Counted from the stretch's first letter, positions 23,401 to 37,100 are shown. The stretch: DNA of 64,000 nt from Klebsormidium nitens (GCA_000708835.1 DF237178.1:70120-134119); one strand, 5' to 3'. Notes: a model not told the origin generated them from the sequence alone. Made by a program: numbers and translations.

Positions 23401-26192
23401 GGTATTGTACTGGACATTCAGGAGCTTGCCTAATTGGACTCGCGGAAAAACTCAATCTTGAATGGGTATAGAGGGAAAGCGGAAGGTCGCAAAGGGGTAA
23501 ATCAGAGCTGTTGGGGAAATCTATTCCCGGTATTTCAACACGCTGCTGCCTATTATGACCGTATTTGAGGTCGATTGCTTGCGCCGGCCCTTGGCCCTTT
23601 CGCAAGCTAGCCGCTTAAACAACCGCTCTTCAAGACAACGACGTTATCAAACGTCGATTTCAAGAAGGCCGGGTGCTTGGCTCGTGGCTCACCCCAAGCT
23701 GGATCGTCGCTACGTTCCCCTTCGGAAAGTCGTTCTTGTTCCGCATGAACACGTTCCCGGACTGCCAGGAAAAAGTAACGGCCTTGAGTAACGGCCTTCC
23801 ACAGAATTCGCCGGTAACTGCTTCCAGTTTGAATCTGAGCTTGCTTATGAGGAATCGACCAGGATGGTCGACCAAAAGCCTATGATCATTCGACAATCAC
23901 GAGGCATCAGCGGAAGACCGCGACAGAGTTTCACGCTTTCTTTCTCTGCTGCTTCTGTCCTTCGTCTCTTCTCAAATGAGCACATCGGAAAGACGACAAT
24001 GGGCTCAACTCAGCGCGTCTGGTTTTTGACTGGTCCGATGTATAAAAAGTTCAACGAAAACTCGACTAGTGCCGTTTAGTCGATCGAGGAACCAACATAC
24101 ATCTTTCGAGGCGATCACACATTGCCAAGCCGCTGTGCATCGGTCGCTCACCTTCAGGTCCCGGTGCAGAATTCTGTTCCGGTGCAAGTAGTCCAGGGCC
24201 AACACGAGCTGTACAAACCAGTCAATGACCTCATCCTCCGTGAAACTGCATACGAAAACCGACACTACTTAACCACCTGGTCAAGTGCCTGGTTTAGCTG
24301 CCGGTGCAAGCTGGTACAATACGATTACGGCTTAAGAGGCCACTTTCTTGCCTGCAAAAAACTTTCTCGCTGTGTTACCGACTCGCCGTGTCCTTGTGGC
24401 ACCTTGGAGGCAAAGTCAAGCTGCAAGCGAAACCCTTGTTACGTACATTACCGAATCAGTCGCAAGAGAGACTAGCGGGTTATCTGCATCGGAAGCAACT
24501 AGGACATCTATCGATTACCTGAGTAAGGTGCTACTCCATTTGGGACATGAAACGGCTTATTTACGATACTTGGGTCGATCCACAGGCGACACTTGTATCT
24601 GGTGTCATGGCATCATTTACATTGAGCGGAATTGGACAGATCCGCCAAGACGCTAGTTCTAGGTCGAGATGCCAGGTTGGTCGGCCGCTTTGGCGCAACA
24701 ATCCGTCTCCTGAGTATCTTGTCGCACATATGGATCTAGCAGCTCAACTTGCTCATTTGGCATCTTTGATGCAGCAGAGTCTGGCATGAGCAGCAGTCTC
24801 TTGCGGGCCTCTGAATCTACTAAATCTACTGAATGTAGCCTTTGTGGAGTGCAAAACCGAGACCAGTTGCAATTTCTTGCACCTAAAAAATTAGTTCAAC
24901 CCGTTTGTTGCCTCTTTGTTTCTGAACATTGATGAAAGTAGCATATTGGAGCTTCGGAAGATCTAACTATGGTAAGTCCAGCTGGCATTGGGTGCTCAGA
25001 AGCAAATGTACAGCTGTCAGTGCCAATTTGGAGATTCCCGTTTCTGATCGCCACTCTTCAGAGCCCGCCCCGCAAAACTTGCACCCAACCAAGAGTCTTG
25101 CCAGCAGGGGCAACTCTTAGCTTTCTTGTCTTGCAAGGTCCTAGATACGCAGATCTTGCGGCACTGAAATCACAGAAGGCCTCAAGGAAACCTTTCTTGT
25201 GCAAGGTCTCCGCGAAGGGAACAAACCGCCGGGCGGGCGGACTCACTGTGTGTGCGCGTTTGCATGGCGCTGGATGTGTCCCCTCAGGTCCCCCCCTCTG
25301 CACTGCTCCAACACGAGGCACAGCCGGTTGTGGTTGTCCACAAAGCTCTCCTGTATTGAGCGATTGAACATGTTGACAGCTGGCGCAAACACTAGCAGTT
25401 GTCTTCTGGTGGGCTTCTTTACGAATGACGGGAGGTTTGAGACCGGGGGCACTTCCAATCTTTCGTCTCTGTTTGCTACTTATGGGGAGGATCAGCAAGA
25501 TTAGAAGCAGCGGAAGGCAGATCTGACAGAGTTTTGATTGTTAAGCAAAGGCTAGTTGGATTTTGCGAAGCAGTTCATTGTCTCTGCATCCAATTGCTGA
25601 TTCCAGACTTGCATAAACAAACTTCCTGTAAAAGCGGCTACTGCTGAGCGGTTCACACCAGATCGGCAATGCTGGCATGGAGTTGAGCTTATCAGAAGTT
25701 CCACATTGTAAGGGAGCAGCTCTGCCGACTCGTCCATTCTATACTCAATGCTACTAGGTACGGCCTCAATGCTGCCAGCTGTCACAGCATGGTTGCATAT
25801 CATTCCACAACGTTTTCTCCTGAGCTTAATGCTGTCAGGCCAGCATTCCCTATATCTGCAAAACCTGAGATCCCCAGTGGTCTTTCCAACCGTAACCTAA
25901 TGCTATGCAGCCAATTTGCAGCATCAACGAACCGAGGTTTGTCGCCTACCTTGCACCCGACAATGTTCGGGTGGCTGAGCTTCATCATCGTCGAGCCTTC
26001 CCTGATGCACCCCTCCCGGTCCTTCTCTTTCCTCGGCAGCGGGACCACCTTCATCACCCAGTCCCTCCGCTCCTTCTTCATCTCCCCGGTGACCTCGTCC
26101 CTAACCAGGGGGGGGTTTCTTTCCCTAACCAAAAAAACCCTGCCCTGCGCCCCCTCCCCAATGGGCTTCATCACGTGGTACTTGGACACCAT
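17457..26192 (-). CDS. NEK: NIMA-related (NEK-like) Ser/Thr kinase with very long low-complexity tail, ~1443 aa, 8 exons
   Basis: Exons 26192-25950, 25350-25247, 24245-24152, 23761-23693, 23296-23179, 22576-22354, 21638-19229, 18527-17457 (sum 4332 nt, in frame). Motifs GEGAQGRV, VMK, HPNIV, GGDL, FTEDEVIDWFVQLVLALDYLH, HRDLKSGNV, DFGIARVL, VGTPYYMSPE, DMWGLGCLLYEM; typical of the NEK family. Confidence 0.9.
19340..19555 (-). repeat. Coding 21-bp tandem repeat (GHSDRTP heptads) in the NEK tail
   Basis: Translation GQSDRTP GHSDRTS GHADRTP GHSDRTP GHSDRTP GYPDRFT GHSDAIS GRSDATG GHSDRSP AQSERTP. Confidence 0.9.
22152..22278. mobile_element. MITE-like element, family B, copy 2 (NEK intron 6)
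   Basis: Perfect 15-bp TIR tagcaaaagtaagct / agcttacttttgcta. Reverse-complement core actaaaaacctaacccataacatcacccg matches the 5280-5433 element. Confidence 0.65.
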
Positions 26193-27779
26193 CTTGGCCG
26201 TCTGGTTTCCAGACGGTGTGATGACGTCACCGTGGCGCCCTGAGCTTTGCTAGGGCTGGCTGCTCACCCCCATGCATGCTGGGTGTCACCTGTCCACCTC
26301 TAGTCTTGCGACAGGGGTGGGATCATCGGCAGGGCCCCGGTTTTTATCAACAGGTTAGACCTATTAGAAGCTACCGATGCGCTGTCATTGTTTCAACAGA
26401 TTCAGTTGGAAACCTACAGATGCGCTGTCATTGTTGCACTTGGCACCATTTTCTCGTCCTTTGCATCACCGCACGCCGCTTGCTATGACTCCAAGTTCTC
26501 ATGAATATGAAAACAGTAATCTGCTTACACTCATACAGAAACTTGGCCCCTGCAGATGTTTGCAAAGCTACCTGAATCTGTATTGAATGCGACAAGATTG
26601 CCAATTTGGCCGCATTGATTCAAAGAAGAGGAGATCCGATTCGCACAATGATGTGGACTACAGGAAGCATCGGCCTTGACAAACCCCTTCGCCAGAGCCT
26701 ACTAAGCAGATTGGGGCCGCGCGGCATTGTGATGACTCTCAGATCTCCTCAGTACAAGCATTTCATTGGCTCGCCGGCGCATGCCTGATTGGAGTTCCTC
26801 TATTCCCCATTTACAGCTCACGCGTGCATCATGTAGGTATGCTCTTGTTTGTACGGTGTGCAGCTCAAATTGCAGGGTTTACATCAGCTAGATAGTACTC
26901 CTCCATGACTCTCTCTCTCAACCGTCCTTCCGACGGGGCGATGTACACCGTTGGTTGGACTTCTACAGTGCATGCAGCCGTCCGATTACATCTTAGAGAT
27001 TCCGCGCGCGCTCAAACACTGTTTGAGCGGACCTCCAAGCGTTGCGAGCAAGCTGTAGGCCGCCAATTACTGCATCTTACTACTACCGGTATGACAAGTA
27101 CATGGCCCAGAGCAGGATGGACATACGAGTACTGCCTAGGCGGCTCGATCTGCATGTAGGTCATATAGTCTATAGTCTATAGACACGGCCCTCATATCGA
27201 CGATGCTTTCAAAGCAGTGACAATAATTTCGGAAGGCGCAGGCACCTCGCGGACACGCTTGCCCCGGACTTGTATTGATGGAGCTGGGAGACTCTGTGAG
27301 ACCAGCGGCAGCTGTCTGGTATTGCTTGCAATTGAGCTGATTGATACAATCAGTTTGCAAGGGCGTCACCTGCGGTCAGGACTAGACGCTCGGCATGCAG
27401 GCTAAGTGTGACTGAACCAGCTAAATCAGTTCTGCACGCCAGAGTCAGGAGGCATAGTTTGCTCGTACAGTTGTTCCCAAGAGCTTGCATAAGCCTATTT
27501 CTGACCTCCAGACGGGTTGAGTTGGAAGGCATCAAGCGGCACCAAAGCAGTGAATCATCATCACCTGTGTCAAAGCGCTGGCGCTCTTGTCACTTCCTGC
27601 CTGGCGGGGCTGAGCTCGGCTGCATGTGCATGATACCAAACAGCTCAAGCAATCTACAAGCTGTTTCCGCGGGTGTTTAGCTCTGGTGCTCGTTAAAAGG
27701 TGAGGCAGCTCGAGTAGGTCACAGTCTGCAAAATGCTTGGCGCCACTCTCCTATCTGACTTTTACATTGTGACGTTTCC

Positions 27780-30700
27780 ATGCCCGGGACCCCCGCAGCT
27801 TCGAGGACCCCGGCCGGCCGGGCGCCCGCACCGTCAAAGCTCCCGAGATTTCAGAAGGCCCGGCCCCCAACAATTCGGACAATGCTTCTGCCGGACGATT
27901 ATGACGACCTGAACCCAAACGGGGCACTGCCAGATCAACCCGCGTCAAACGAGGGTGACGGAGCTCGGAGTGTTGTGAGAGATGTGTCGCCGGCCAAGAA
28001 GCGGGGGCCTCGTTCTGAAACCGGCCGACCAGAGGGCAGCAGCGGAACCCCGAGTAGAAAGAGTATCAAAGGGAACGCTGTGGAAAACGGTGCGCCAAAG
28101 TCGAAGCTGGGACAGGCGGAGACGGCGCCCCAGAAGCGGACCAGTAAGACCCCGACGGCGGCGGCAGCTAGCGCGTATGCAAGCCCGTATCGTCAACCTA
28201 AAGAAAAGCCGAAAGAGAAGCCCCGGGGACCAAAATCTGAGACCAGCCCGCTTTCAAATACAAGCCCGAGGAGCCCCGTGTCTCCCGGCGCCTTTTCCCA
28301 GAAGTCGAACGGAACTGCATACGATGAACCAGAACGGAAGCGGAATGGAACGGAAAACGGAACGGCGGGCCCTGAGTCAGCAATCAAGGCGCAGGTCGCG
28401 GAGGCGCTGCACGTGCTGGACCACTTGGAGGCGCATGCGGACGCGCTCGGGAGCCCGTCTGGAGCATACGGAGCGTCCGAAAAAGCGTTTGGGGCGTCCG
28501 AAAAGTCGTTCGGTGCGTCAGAAAAGAATTTCAACGCCAGTGGAAAGGCAATAAATGCGTCCGAAAAAGGGCACGGTGCTTCAGGCAGAGGGTTCGGGGC
28601 GTCCGAAAGTGTGGACGGGGTGAACGGTGTGATGTCATCTGGACGGGCTCCCAGAGGGGAGGTGAGGTCAGCACGGAGAGGAGGAGCGGCCGCAGCGTAT
28701 GCGAGCAGGGTGAAGAAGAAAGCAGATGAGAAGAAGCAACTAGGGGCGAGGAAAGATCATGCGGTGCAGGTCGCTCGAGGAATCATGCGGAAGGTGGGAA
28801 GTGCCCGCCATATCTGTTGGTGCGCTTGAGAATCTTGATCTCTGCTTCCTAATGAAATCTCTGCAAAGTTCAAGGCATCAAGGGTTCGCAAGAGAGAGCC
28901 AACTTCGTGAAAAAAAGCAGACCGCTGTTAAGGACCATCAGCTGACGGGTAGTGGGGATGGTTCAGAAAGTACCCTTTTATATTGACCATTCGCCCTGTT
29001 CCGTTAGGTCGGACCTAAGATGGGACAAAACCGACGTAAGCGGGATTGTTCCAAGACATCTTTGAGCTGCTAATTGCAGAAGGGCACGGTAAAACGCTTC
29101 TTTCAGGTTGCAACGAAAGCGGGCCGATGTTCAACGTATCCATCTTGAGTTGCCGCTGATTCAAGCCGCCTCAACTCCATAGGCATCGGGAATGCAGTTT
29201 GAAAGTTGCTTTCGACTCTGTTGAATGGTGCAGATGTACAGGAAAAATGTGGCCCTGGAGAAAGAGAACCGGGTCCTCAAGACGGAGCTGTATGGACAGA
29301 AAAAGCGGGCCGGGGAGCTGGACTCGCCAAGGGGAGCGATGCAGGTGAGCCGAACATGGATTGATATCCACGTTTGTTTTGACACGGGGACCTTTGCGGG
29401 CAAGGCAAAGGTGTCTCAAAGAAACAAGAAGGGAAGCTCCCAGGTAGCCCGGACTCTGCGTCTGGGGTTCTAAATTGAAGGATGATCAGTTGTTTGATCC
29501 CCGCTTGGGATGTGAGCGGGCCTGATTGGATAGCCCATTGCAAGTGACTAGGTTTCTCAGAGAGTTTGAGCCACTGATGGCTCAGCCGTCAACAATCGAG
29601 AATTCTAAGAGATACCATCATTGCTAATGTAGAGAGGTTTGCCGAAGACGAGTGTTGCTCTGTGGGCGGGCGCTGATCCGATCCGCTGAATCCAGGAAAA
29701 GATTTCAACGTCCACTCTTACGGTAGGAGAGGGACTTTACAATCGCCCAGCTGAAAGAAGTTCCGGCCCCGCTGTGAGGATGTCTGCTGACGCGACCAGA
29801 TCCTTTAGAAGACCTGAACGCGACTCCACTGAATCGATACAAGCCCTTCGACGTCCGTTCTTCCGCAGAAGAGGGACCGTGCGGTCGGCCACTTTAAGGA
29901 ACCGATTGCAAAATGTGTCTGCTGAGGTGACAAGATCTTTCTCAAGCCCTGAGCGCCACTTTGTTGGATACGATACGAAAACTTCGACGTCCCTTTTTCC
30001 AGGAAAGGGACCGTACGATCGCCCAGTTGAAGGAACTGATCGGGGAGCTCCAGGCGCGGCTGCGCAAGCACGAGGAGCCTTCCACTCGGGGCCGAAAGCA
30101 CACCGCAAATCCCGCCGGGGATCACGGGGAGAGCTACAAGAAGCTGCGCGCAGATTACCAGCGGCTACTAACCACACGGATAGACGTAAGTGGAAGAACC
30201 GTAAGAAAAAAGATGTAAAGTGAAGGATGTGAACGGAAATTGGAGGAGACTGAAGGGAAAATAGTATCAGCTGCGCACTTCGAGTCGAGCACAGCCTCAG
30301 GGAAGCGCCAAATCGAGTCGAAGCTTTGGACACGCGAGATACTGAAAGAAGACCCTGAGCGAGAGACAGGGGGCGGCAACGGCATGGCTCGAAGGACTTT
30401 ATTGAAGAGGTTCGCTGCGTGAAGCATGAAATTCTTTCGGCCCAATATGCTCTTGCTTTATTAATGTCGTTACCGAACGGAAAGCCTCAGTTCTGGCCGC
30501 GGTGAGTTTATGGTTTATTCTCAACTGAAAGTCAAAGAGTCCTTCTGAAGAGGGTAACGTGGAGAGGTGTCTTGCGGAACCCAGATCTGGATAGCCAGAC
30601 CACAGCCTAATCAGATTGCAGCGTGGATTGCGACGCTCAAATAGCCCTTTTCGTTGTCTATACAGGCGTTGCTCGTCTTTCTTCAATCGAGGCAAATCTG

Positions 30701-32771
30701 TGACTCGATCCAGTGGTGCGAAAGCTCTGTGGCCAATTTGAGAAAGATCTCTGAGGTTAGCGGAACTTGTACCCAGCCGAGAATCGAGTACGGAATCATG
30801 TTCTCGTTTGTAAACGCAGGCGGTCAAGAAGCGCGGGGGAGCAAATGAAGAGGTCACCAAGATGCTGTCCGACATGCGGGAGGTAAGGACGCGGGAAAGT
30901 CGGCTTGCCGTTTGTGCGTGATGTGTAGAAATTTTCATGCGTCGTGTCTTCAGATCCTTCGGATTCAGGTTCGCAGAACTGCCGAACGACGTCAAGCATC
31001 CAGACTATCCGAGAACTTTGAACACTTTCAATTTACGGTATAGAAGTATAAGGCACCGTAAAGAAGTAAGGTACGCGCAGAACCGCCTCAACATTGGTTT
31101 CTTCATAGGGAACAGCGAGGAAGGCCTTCGCTGACCTTATTCAGGTCCAATCTAGACCGTTGGGATTGCCTTCTGAACGCCAAACAACAAGTTATCTCGA
31201 AGAGATAACGTCTCGAAGCTGTATGAAAGAGACGAGTCATGACCAGTCTGCCGAGCGCGGAGAAAGGAACGCTTCCACCGTTCCATTAAAGGCACCGTTC
31301 GCAGCCAACCTCGTCAGCATGCGGAACGGGTATTCAGGGCGGTTCCCTTGACTCCTAGCACTTTGGTCTCATCCGGGCCGTTACCAAATCCATTTTCGGC
31401 TCACGATAATTCTTGGCCCCTGTTTTCTGTAGCGACTGCTGCAAGAGACCGCGGAGCGCGAGACGGAGACCGCTCTGTTCAACGCGCGGCTGTACGAGAC
31501 GGAGCAGCAAAACGCGGACTGGTGAGCGCGGGGTTTTGTCCCAAAAAGGCGCCGCTTACAAACCAGCGCTTCCTATTCTGCTAGGTTGACATGTTGAAAA
31601 CAACAAACGGTCTCGGGTTTTTGATCCCAGTCTCGTTACAGAGTGTAATTAGAAGGCAATGTCGGAATCTTAATCTTCAAACGGTCGTGTTCACTAAGGG
31701 ATGCATATTGCCGTGTGACACAACCTCTTCAAATCCATCGAGAAGGGTTGATCGCCTTCATTATCGAGCTCGGGGGTCGTGTCGCGTCCCTTTCTGGCTG
31801 CAGTACTACGAAGAAAGAAACCTGTCTTCCCACTGGGCAGAACTTAGAGCAGCTTTGACGCGAATGGCGGTGAAAACCTAACATCCAGAATCTTGTCCAG
31901 ACATTTCTGAGAATGAGAACGACTTCAGTACGGTTGCTTCCGTGGTTTGCAGGTACGTTGAGAAGAAGTTGCTGGAGCAGCACATCATGAAACTAGAGGG
32001 GGAGCTGCTCGAGCGGGACCAAATCGACCAACAAATTGAGTGAGTTTGAGTTTCCCTCAATCAGTTATTCTACTCGTTTCATGGTTCGTAGATTTCGGGG
32101 ATGTGGAGATGCCGTATCCAGACAGAAGACCTGAATCCAGGATTTTTTTTGCTCGACTCAATCTCCATCCAAACCCTCGTCCCCAATCTTTACCCCCCAC
32201 CTAACCCCACCAGCCCTGGGGGGGCCACCAAACAACTCCTTGAGGCGCCAATCTCAGTTCAACTCGGCAACAGCGCTACGCAACGAAGAGAATGAAATGC
32301 ATTTCATTCTCTTCGAAATGCCACGAGACAACTCGCACGCTTCTCAATCATTCATGAGCGATCGGGGTTTGGCTCTTTTGCGTCGTTAGAGCTGATATTT
32401 CATATGGGCTCTCCTCTCGAAGATGAGCTGTCCCAAGTTTATGTAAGTCCTCTGTGCGAAGCACGCACTTGGTACTATCAGGGAGCCTGTGCAAACGGTA
32501 GAGCCCCCAAAAACATATGCACGTTTCCAATCCTTTCGTAAGAGTACGTCGAACGTGCGCCCAACGTGCGCATCCCTTTCTCGATCGCCACCGAGCTAAC
32601 GGAGGCACCGTTCCGTTTCCGTTTCGCAGGGCGTGCATCGGGTCGCTGTTCGAGCGGATGCAGATCCTGGAGCGCACCAACCAGGAGCTCAACGACATGG
32701 CCGCGCACTACTCCCAGGTCGCCGAGGCGACCTCCCCAACCGCGGCCGCGGCCGCGGCCGCGCCAGGATGA
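27780..32771 (+). CDS. Uncharacterised protein with disordered N-half and coiled-coil C-half, ~562 aa, 7 exons
   Basis: Exons 27780-28793, 29234-29344, 30003-30185, 30820-30882, 31433-31521, 31953-32039, 32630-32771 (sum 1689 nt, in frame). Heptad-rich C-terminus (LLEQHIMKLEGELLERDQIDQQIE...LFERMQILERTNQEL). Confidence 0.82.
28467..28610 (+). repeat. Coding 21-bp tandem repeat (xFGASEK heptads, ~7 copies)
   Basis: Translation YGASEKAFGASEKSFGASEKNFNASGKAINASEKGHGASGRGFGASES. Confidence 0.88.
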
Positions 32772-34196
32772 CGTCATCAGGGTTTGGGTATTGTCAGCGA
32801 ACAGGATAGTCACCAGTCGTATCGTGTACAGAACCATTCTTTGTGACCCCGGGCTTCGAATCTGGCAGCCTGGGGCGCCCGGTGATTTCCCACCGGCGGC
32901 GATTTGTCGAATAAGGTCTGCGGAGAAGAGAGTCTGTAGACGGGCAGTATGGAATCTTTGTCGAGTAGAAGATGGTAAATGAAGGACGGTCCGCTATTGA
33001 CGACCAGGACGGATCACTGGCAGTGAAAGCGAGCGCCCGGCAAACTTGGGTTCCCTAGAAAGAACCGAGGGAACAGTCTCAGGGACGTACTACTACCCCG
33101 AGGGTCGGCGATGTTATGATCCCGCTTCGACATTGAGCACCCCGAATTTCATGCAAATTCGATCCGGTGTGATCTTAAACCTGCACCTGCTGAAGGTTGT
33201 CGTGCTGAGATGTCTTTTCTGGGTCGCACTCGAATTGCTGAACTTTTCATTCGAATCCACACCCAATCGTGATTATGTTTCTGGACATTCTTTGGTTGCA
33301 CGAGCGGCCAGACTCGTTTCGATCAGAGGAAATTCGACGCTGTGAAAGCATTGCTGCACAGTGGTCTTCAAACCCGGTCTGCATGTTTGATCACAAAGGA
33401 GCTTGCATCTAATTTCAAAAAGCGTATACCAATTCGTGCGTACAACACAAGTGATTGACAAGTCCGATCAACGTTGGCTCCGGCGCACTTGGTGTGTTCT
33501 CTTATACAGTTCTCATATTAACGAGAGGATCCCAAAATCTGCTCGGTTGATGAAAGCACAACCAAATTAGAAGCAAAGTTGGAAGATGAGGCAGGATCTT
33601 CGAAAAACATTCGAATGTTTAGCTCATAGAACGGCGCAGCGAGGGCGATAGTACACAGCCCCCGGAGAACCGTACAAGCCTGCTCGATCAAACCTCTCTA
33701 ATTGTCGTAGGCAGCAGGCTTCAACCATAGAGTCATTTAGAGGCTTCAGGCTTGCATGGTACTCTGAATGAGCGAGGATTCCGGCTCCGCGCTCCGTCAA
33801 TCCGCGGACGGGAGGATCGGACACGGACACGGACAGTGATTTGGGCGACCGACATCAACCGTCCCGAGTCCAAGGATTAGTCACCGGCCGCGCCGCACCG
33901 GGCGTTCAACTGCGCGACTTCGATCCCCGGGCGGTCCGTGTACACCGGGATGTTCGAGCGATACGCGACCTTCCGGATTCCGCTGTGCAGAGTTCCGCCC
34001 GCCAACAGCCTGGGCCTGCCAGGCTATATTGCCGTCTCCGATCGAGATCTGACAATTCTCTCGTTTGCAGAGCATAAATTCGCATTCATTCCCAAGCTCT
34101 GGAAAAGAAGGCTAAACTTAAAGTAGGTAGCAGCCGCCAAGACTTCCGCTGTATGGCGCTTGGTTGCTTGAGGACGGCACGCACTAGTGCCCAGCG

Positions 34197-37100
34197 ATGT
34201 CCGCTTTCTTTGGATCCCCGGCGCGCGCCAGCTTTTTAGTAGGAAGTTCTGACAAGGATCTCAAAGACACCGGCCTACTTTCCCAAGACCGCAAAGGAGT
34301 CCAGTCTACAATGGATAAGCAATCAACTCCGGAGGCCAAGTCTCCAGCTAAGCGGCGCGGGTGGACTGGTTCACCTTTTAGAAAGCGGGCCCAGAACCAG
34401 TCATCTGTTGAGGGGGGCACTTTGCAGAGGTTGGTCGAAGGGGATGACGTTGCGACGAGTTCTGAGGGAGTGGTTGATGAAAACAGCGGGGACCCGTCTG
34501 TGCAAGAGCGCTCTTCCTTGGATGGGGGATCAATGGATCAGCGGAGCCTGGCCATGAGTATGGAATTCTTTGATGCCGAGGAGGCCTTGGAATGTAAGCT
34601 TACCGCTGACATCTTTTCAGATCACTGAATCATCCGGCACACAGCGACGTGTTCTGGGAGTTCCATTCCTCCTTGTTGGTCACAGGGTGTACTTTTAGTC
34701 TTTCCAGATCTTGGGGTAAATGAAGGTGATCAGTTTTGTAAACAGTCACATGAGTGATTGCTGAGTTGGACCAAGCTCTGTTCTTATTGCAAAGTAAATC
34801 ACACAGGTGGTCAAGTAGCAGACAGAGTGGCTGCACATGACGAAATCTTGGCCGTCTGATGAACTTAAACTGCTGCACTCTGGAAGGTGGCGGCCACTGC
34901 TCCAATGGCTCCAGGACGTAGGGTATTGTTTAAAGGTACTTTGGGAGCTGACTTAGGCTGGTTGGTGTTTGGTAATCTGTAAAATGTATCTTTGTTGAGC
35001 CCCCGCTTTAGCGACTGCCACTTTTTCGTCAATCGATCTCTGGTCTACACGACTATCAGGAAACGTGGAGATTGCTTCTTATCATAGACCCTGAGTGGTG
35101 TTGGTGTTTTGGTGTTGCTTGTTTGAGTGGCCAGAGTGTGATTCAAGTCGGTTAGCGGAGTCCAAAGGTGTCTGGTCAATCACTCTGGTCAACCAGCTTT
35201 CACTTCCTTTTAATAGAAACCAGCAGCGAGCTAGAGCCGCTTCACTTGATGTCATTCGCCTGTCCCACAACACATTTCTAAAGATTACAGGTTCAGCCTA
35301 TATGGGACTGTTATCTACATTCTAACAGTACCGCAACCTCTAACGTCAACCCGGTCTACTTTACCTCTCTCCGCAACTTAATTCGTTTGACCTTGATTGC
35401 CTTTGCATTTCAATCACATCATCGTTCTGTCTCCCTTGCAGCCCTAAAGGGGGAAAGAGGTTCCACCTGATGACAGAGGCCACAACAAGATCTGTGGCTT
35501 TATGCTCCTTCTCCTGCAAAACGTAATCTGTTCTCGCAATGTTCTCTTATGTCAGCCTGACAAGAATTTTTCAAGTGCCGTCGCGTGAGCCAGCCCGCCT
35601 CCTGCTTGGATGCCTTTGGTTTATTTTCCACCGATTTCATTGCTAACCCCTCGCATTATCCCCTGACGTCAGCCTGATGTTAGCTCCTTCTGCCCTAGTA
35701 GCGGCATCTGACGTAAGCACGTGGCTGGCGGCAGCCTGGGCCTGCTTCCATCCTGCCAACCCAAAGTGAAGCTAATTTATTGCATTCTGCCCGCTGATGT
35801 CAGCCTGATGTCAACACATCTTTGGCCGCAGCCGCATCTGACATCAGCACGCAGCCCGACGACAGCCTGGGCCTGCGGGAGCGCCTGCAGCAGGAAATCC
35901 GCACGCGCGTTCTCGCCCAAGAAGCGCTCGCGGCGCTCCAAGCGGAGCGCAACGAACTTCTGAGGCGGTTGGAGCAGTCTCAGACAGTGCAAGGTGCGGC
36001 GGAGAACCCCACGGAAGGTGCCACTGGTAGTCTCTCGGAAGGTACTGTGGAAACGCCATTGGGAGATGAAATTGACAACCCCTCGGAAGCTGCTGTGATT
36101 AGTTCGCAGGGAGACATTAGGAAAGCGACGGAGGACAGTGAAGGCGCTGCAGATAAGCAGGCGGAGGGTCTTGATAAGCCTGCGGAAGGTGCTCACATTT
36201 TGTTGGAGAGAACGGATCTTGAAGGAGCGGAGGTGGTTGAGGACGCAAAAAAGGCTGGTGAGAGCGGCGACGGAGATTGCGAGATGGGGGGTGGCTCTGC
36301 GGGGCCAGAAGTCCCAACCGACCAGAATGCGGATCCACCGGAGTCGTCCAGCGAGCTGGGAATGCTAGACGGCGGCTCAGCAACGAATCCAGGTACGGAA
36401 GCAGGGGTGAACGGGGAGGGGGGTCAGGTCCCCCCTGAAGCGCAGGCTGGGCCGTCGGGGGCCCCGAAGGCGGGGTTTGCGTCATCTTTATCGGAGGGGA
36501 AGGACAGCGCACTTGCAGAGGGGGGCCTGAGGGAGGCGCTCGCGAAGAAGGACTCAGAGATTGCGCGGTTGAAGGAGAAGCTGGTCTACTGGGACCGGGT
36601 CAACGAGGAGTACCGGGTGCAAAGAGAGGAGGCAAAGGGTGAGTGGTTGCGTGTTAAATTAATTCTCGAGCCATTTTCCTTCTTGAGATTGTCTCGCAGG
36701 TTTGCGGTGGAACGATTGACGGAAACGAACACGTAGATTTCCGCTTGTGTCCGATTGCGATCTGGGGAGCGTTGCTGACGTGGGGAGGACTGGGCCCATG
36801 TCGATTCTGACGTAGTTACAGACGAATCTGGAGCCTGTCTTTCCTAACTCTTTACTCAATCACCCGTTGTTCGAGCGTTACACGAGTTGTTTGTTCTGAA
36901 AGTCAGACGTTCTGGAGCCAGTTCAACGTGGTACTGCTGTTAGGACTGCTGGACATACGATTTGCTGGTAACTGGTTCAACAAGCATGCCGTTGTCATCG
37001 AATCGGATGCTCTCCAATAGTGTAGCGCTGCTTGTCGATCGAACCTTTCGCTCAGCAGCATTTAGCTCTGACCGGATATTGGTACGGTGCTCTTCTATTT

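Noticed and set aside
33830-34126. GC-rich protein-like stretch (MYTGMFERYATFRIPLCRVPPANSLGLPGYI)
   Set aside because: In-frame stop upstream, no splice support and no recognisable family; probably promoter or 5' UTR of the next gene.
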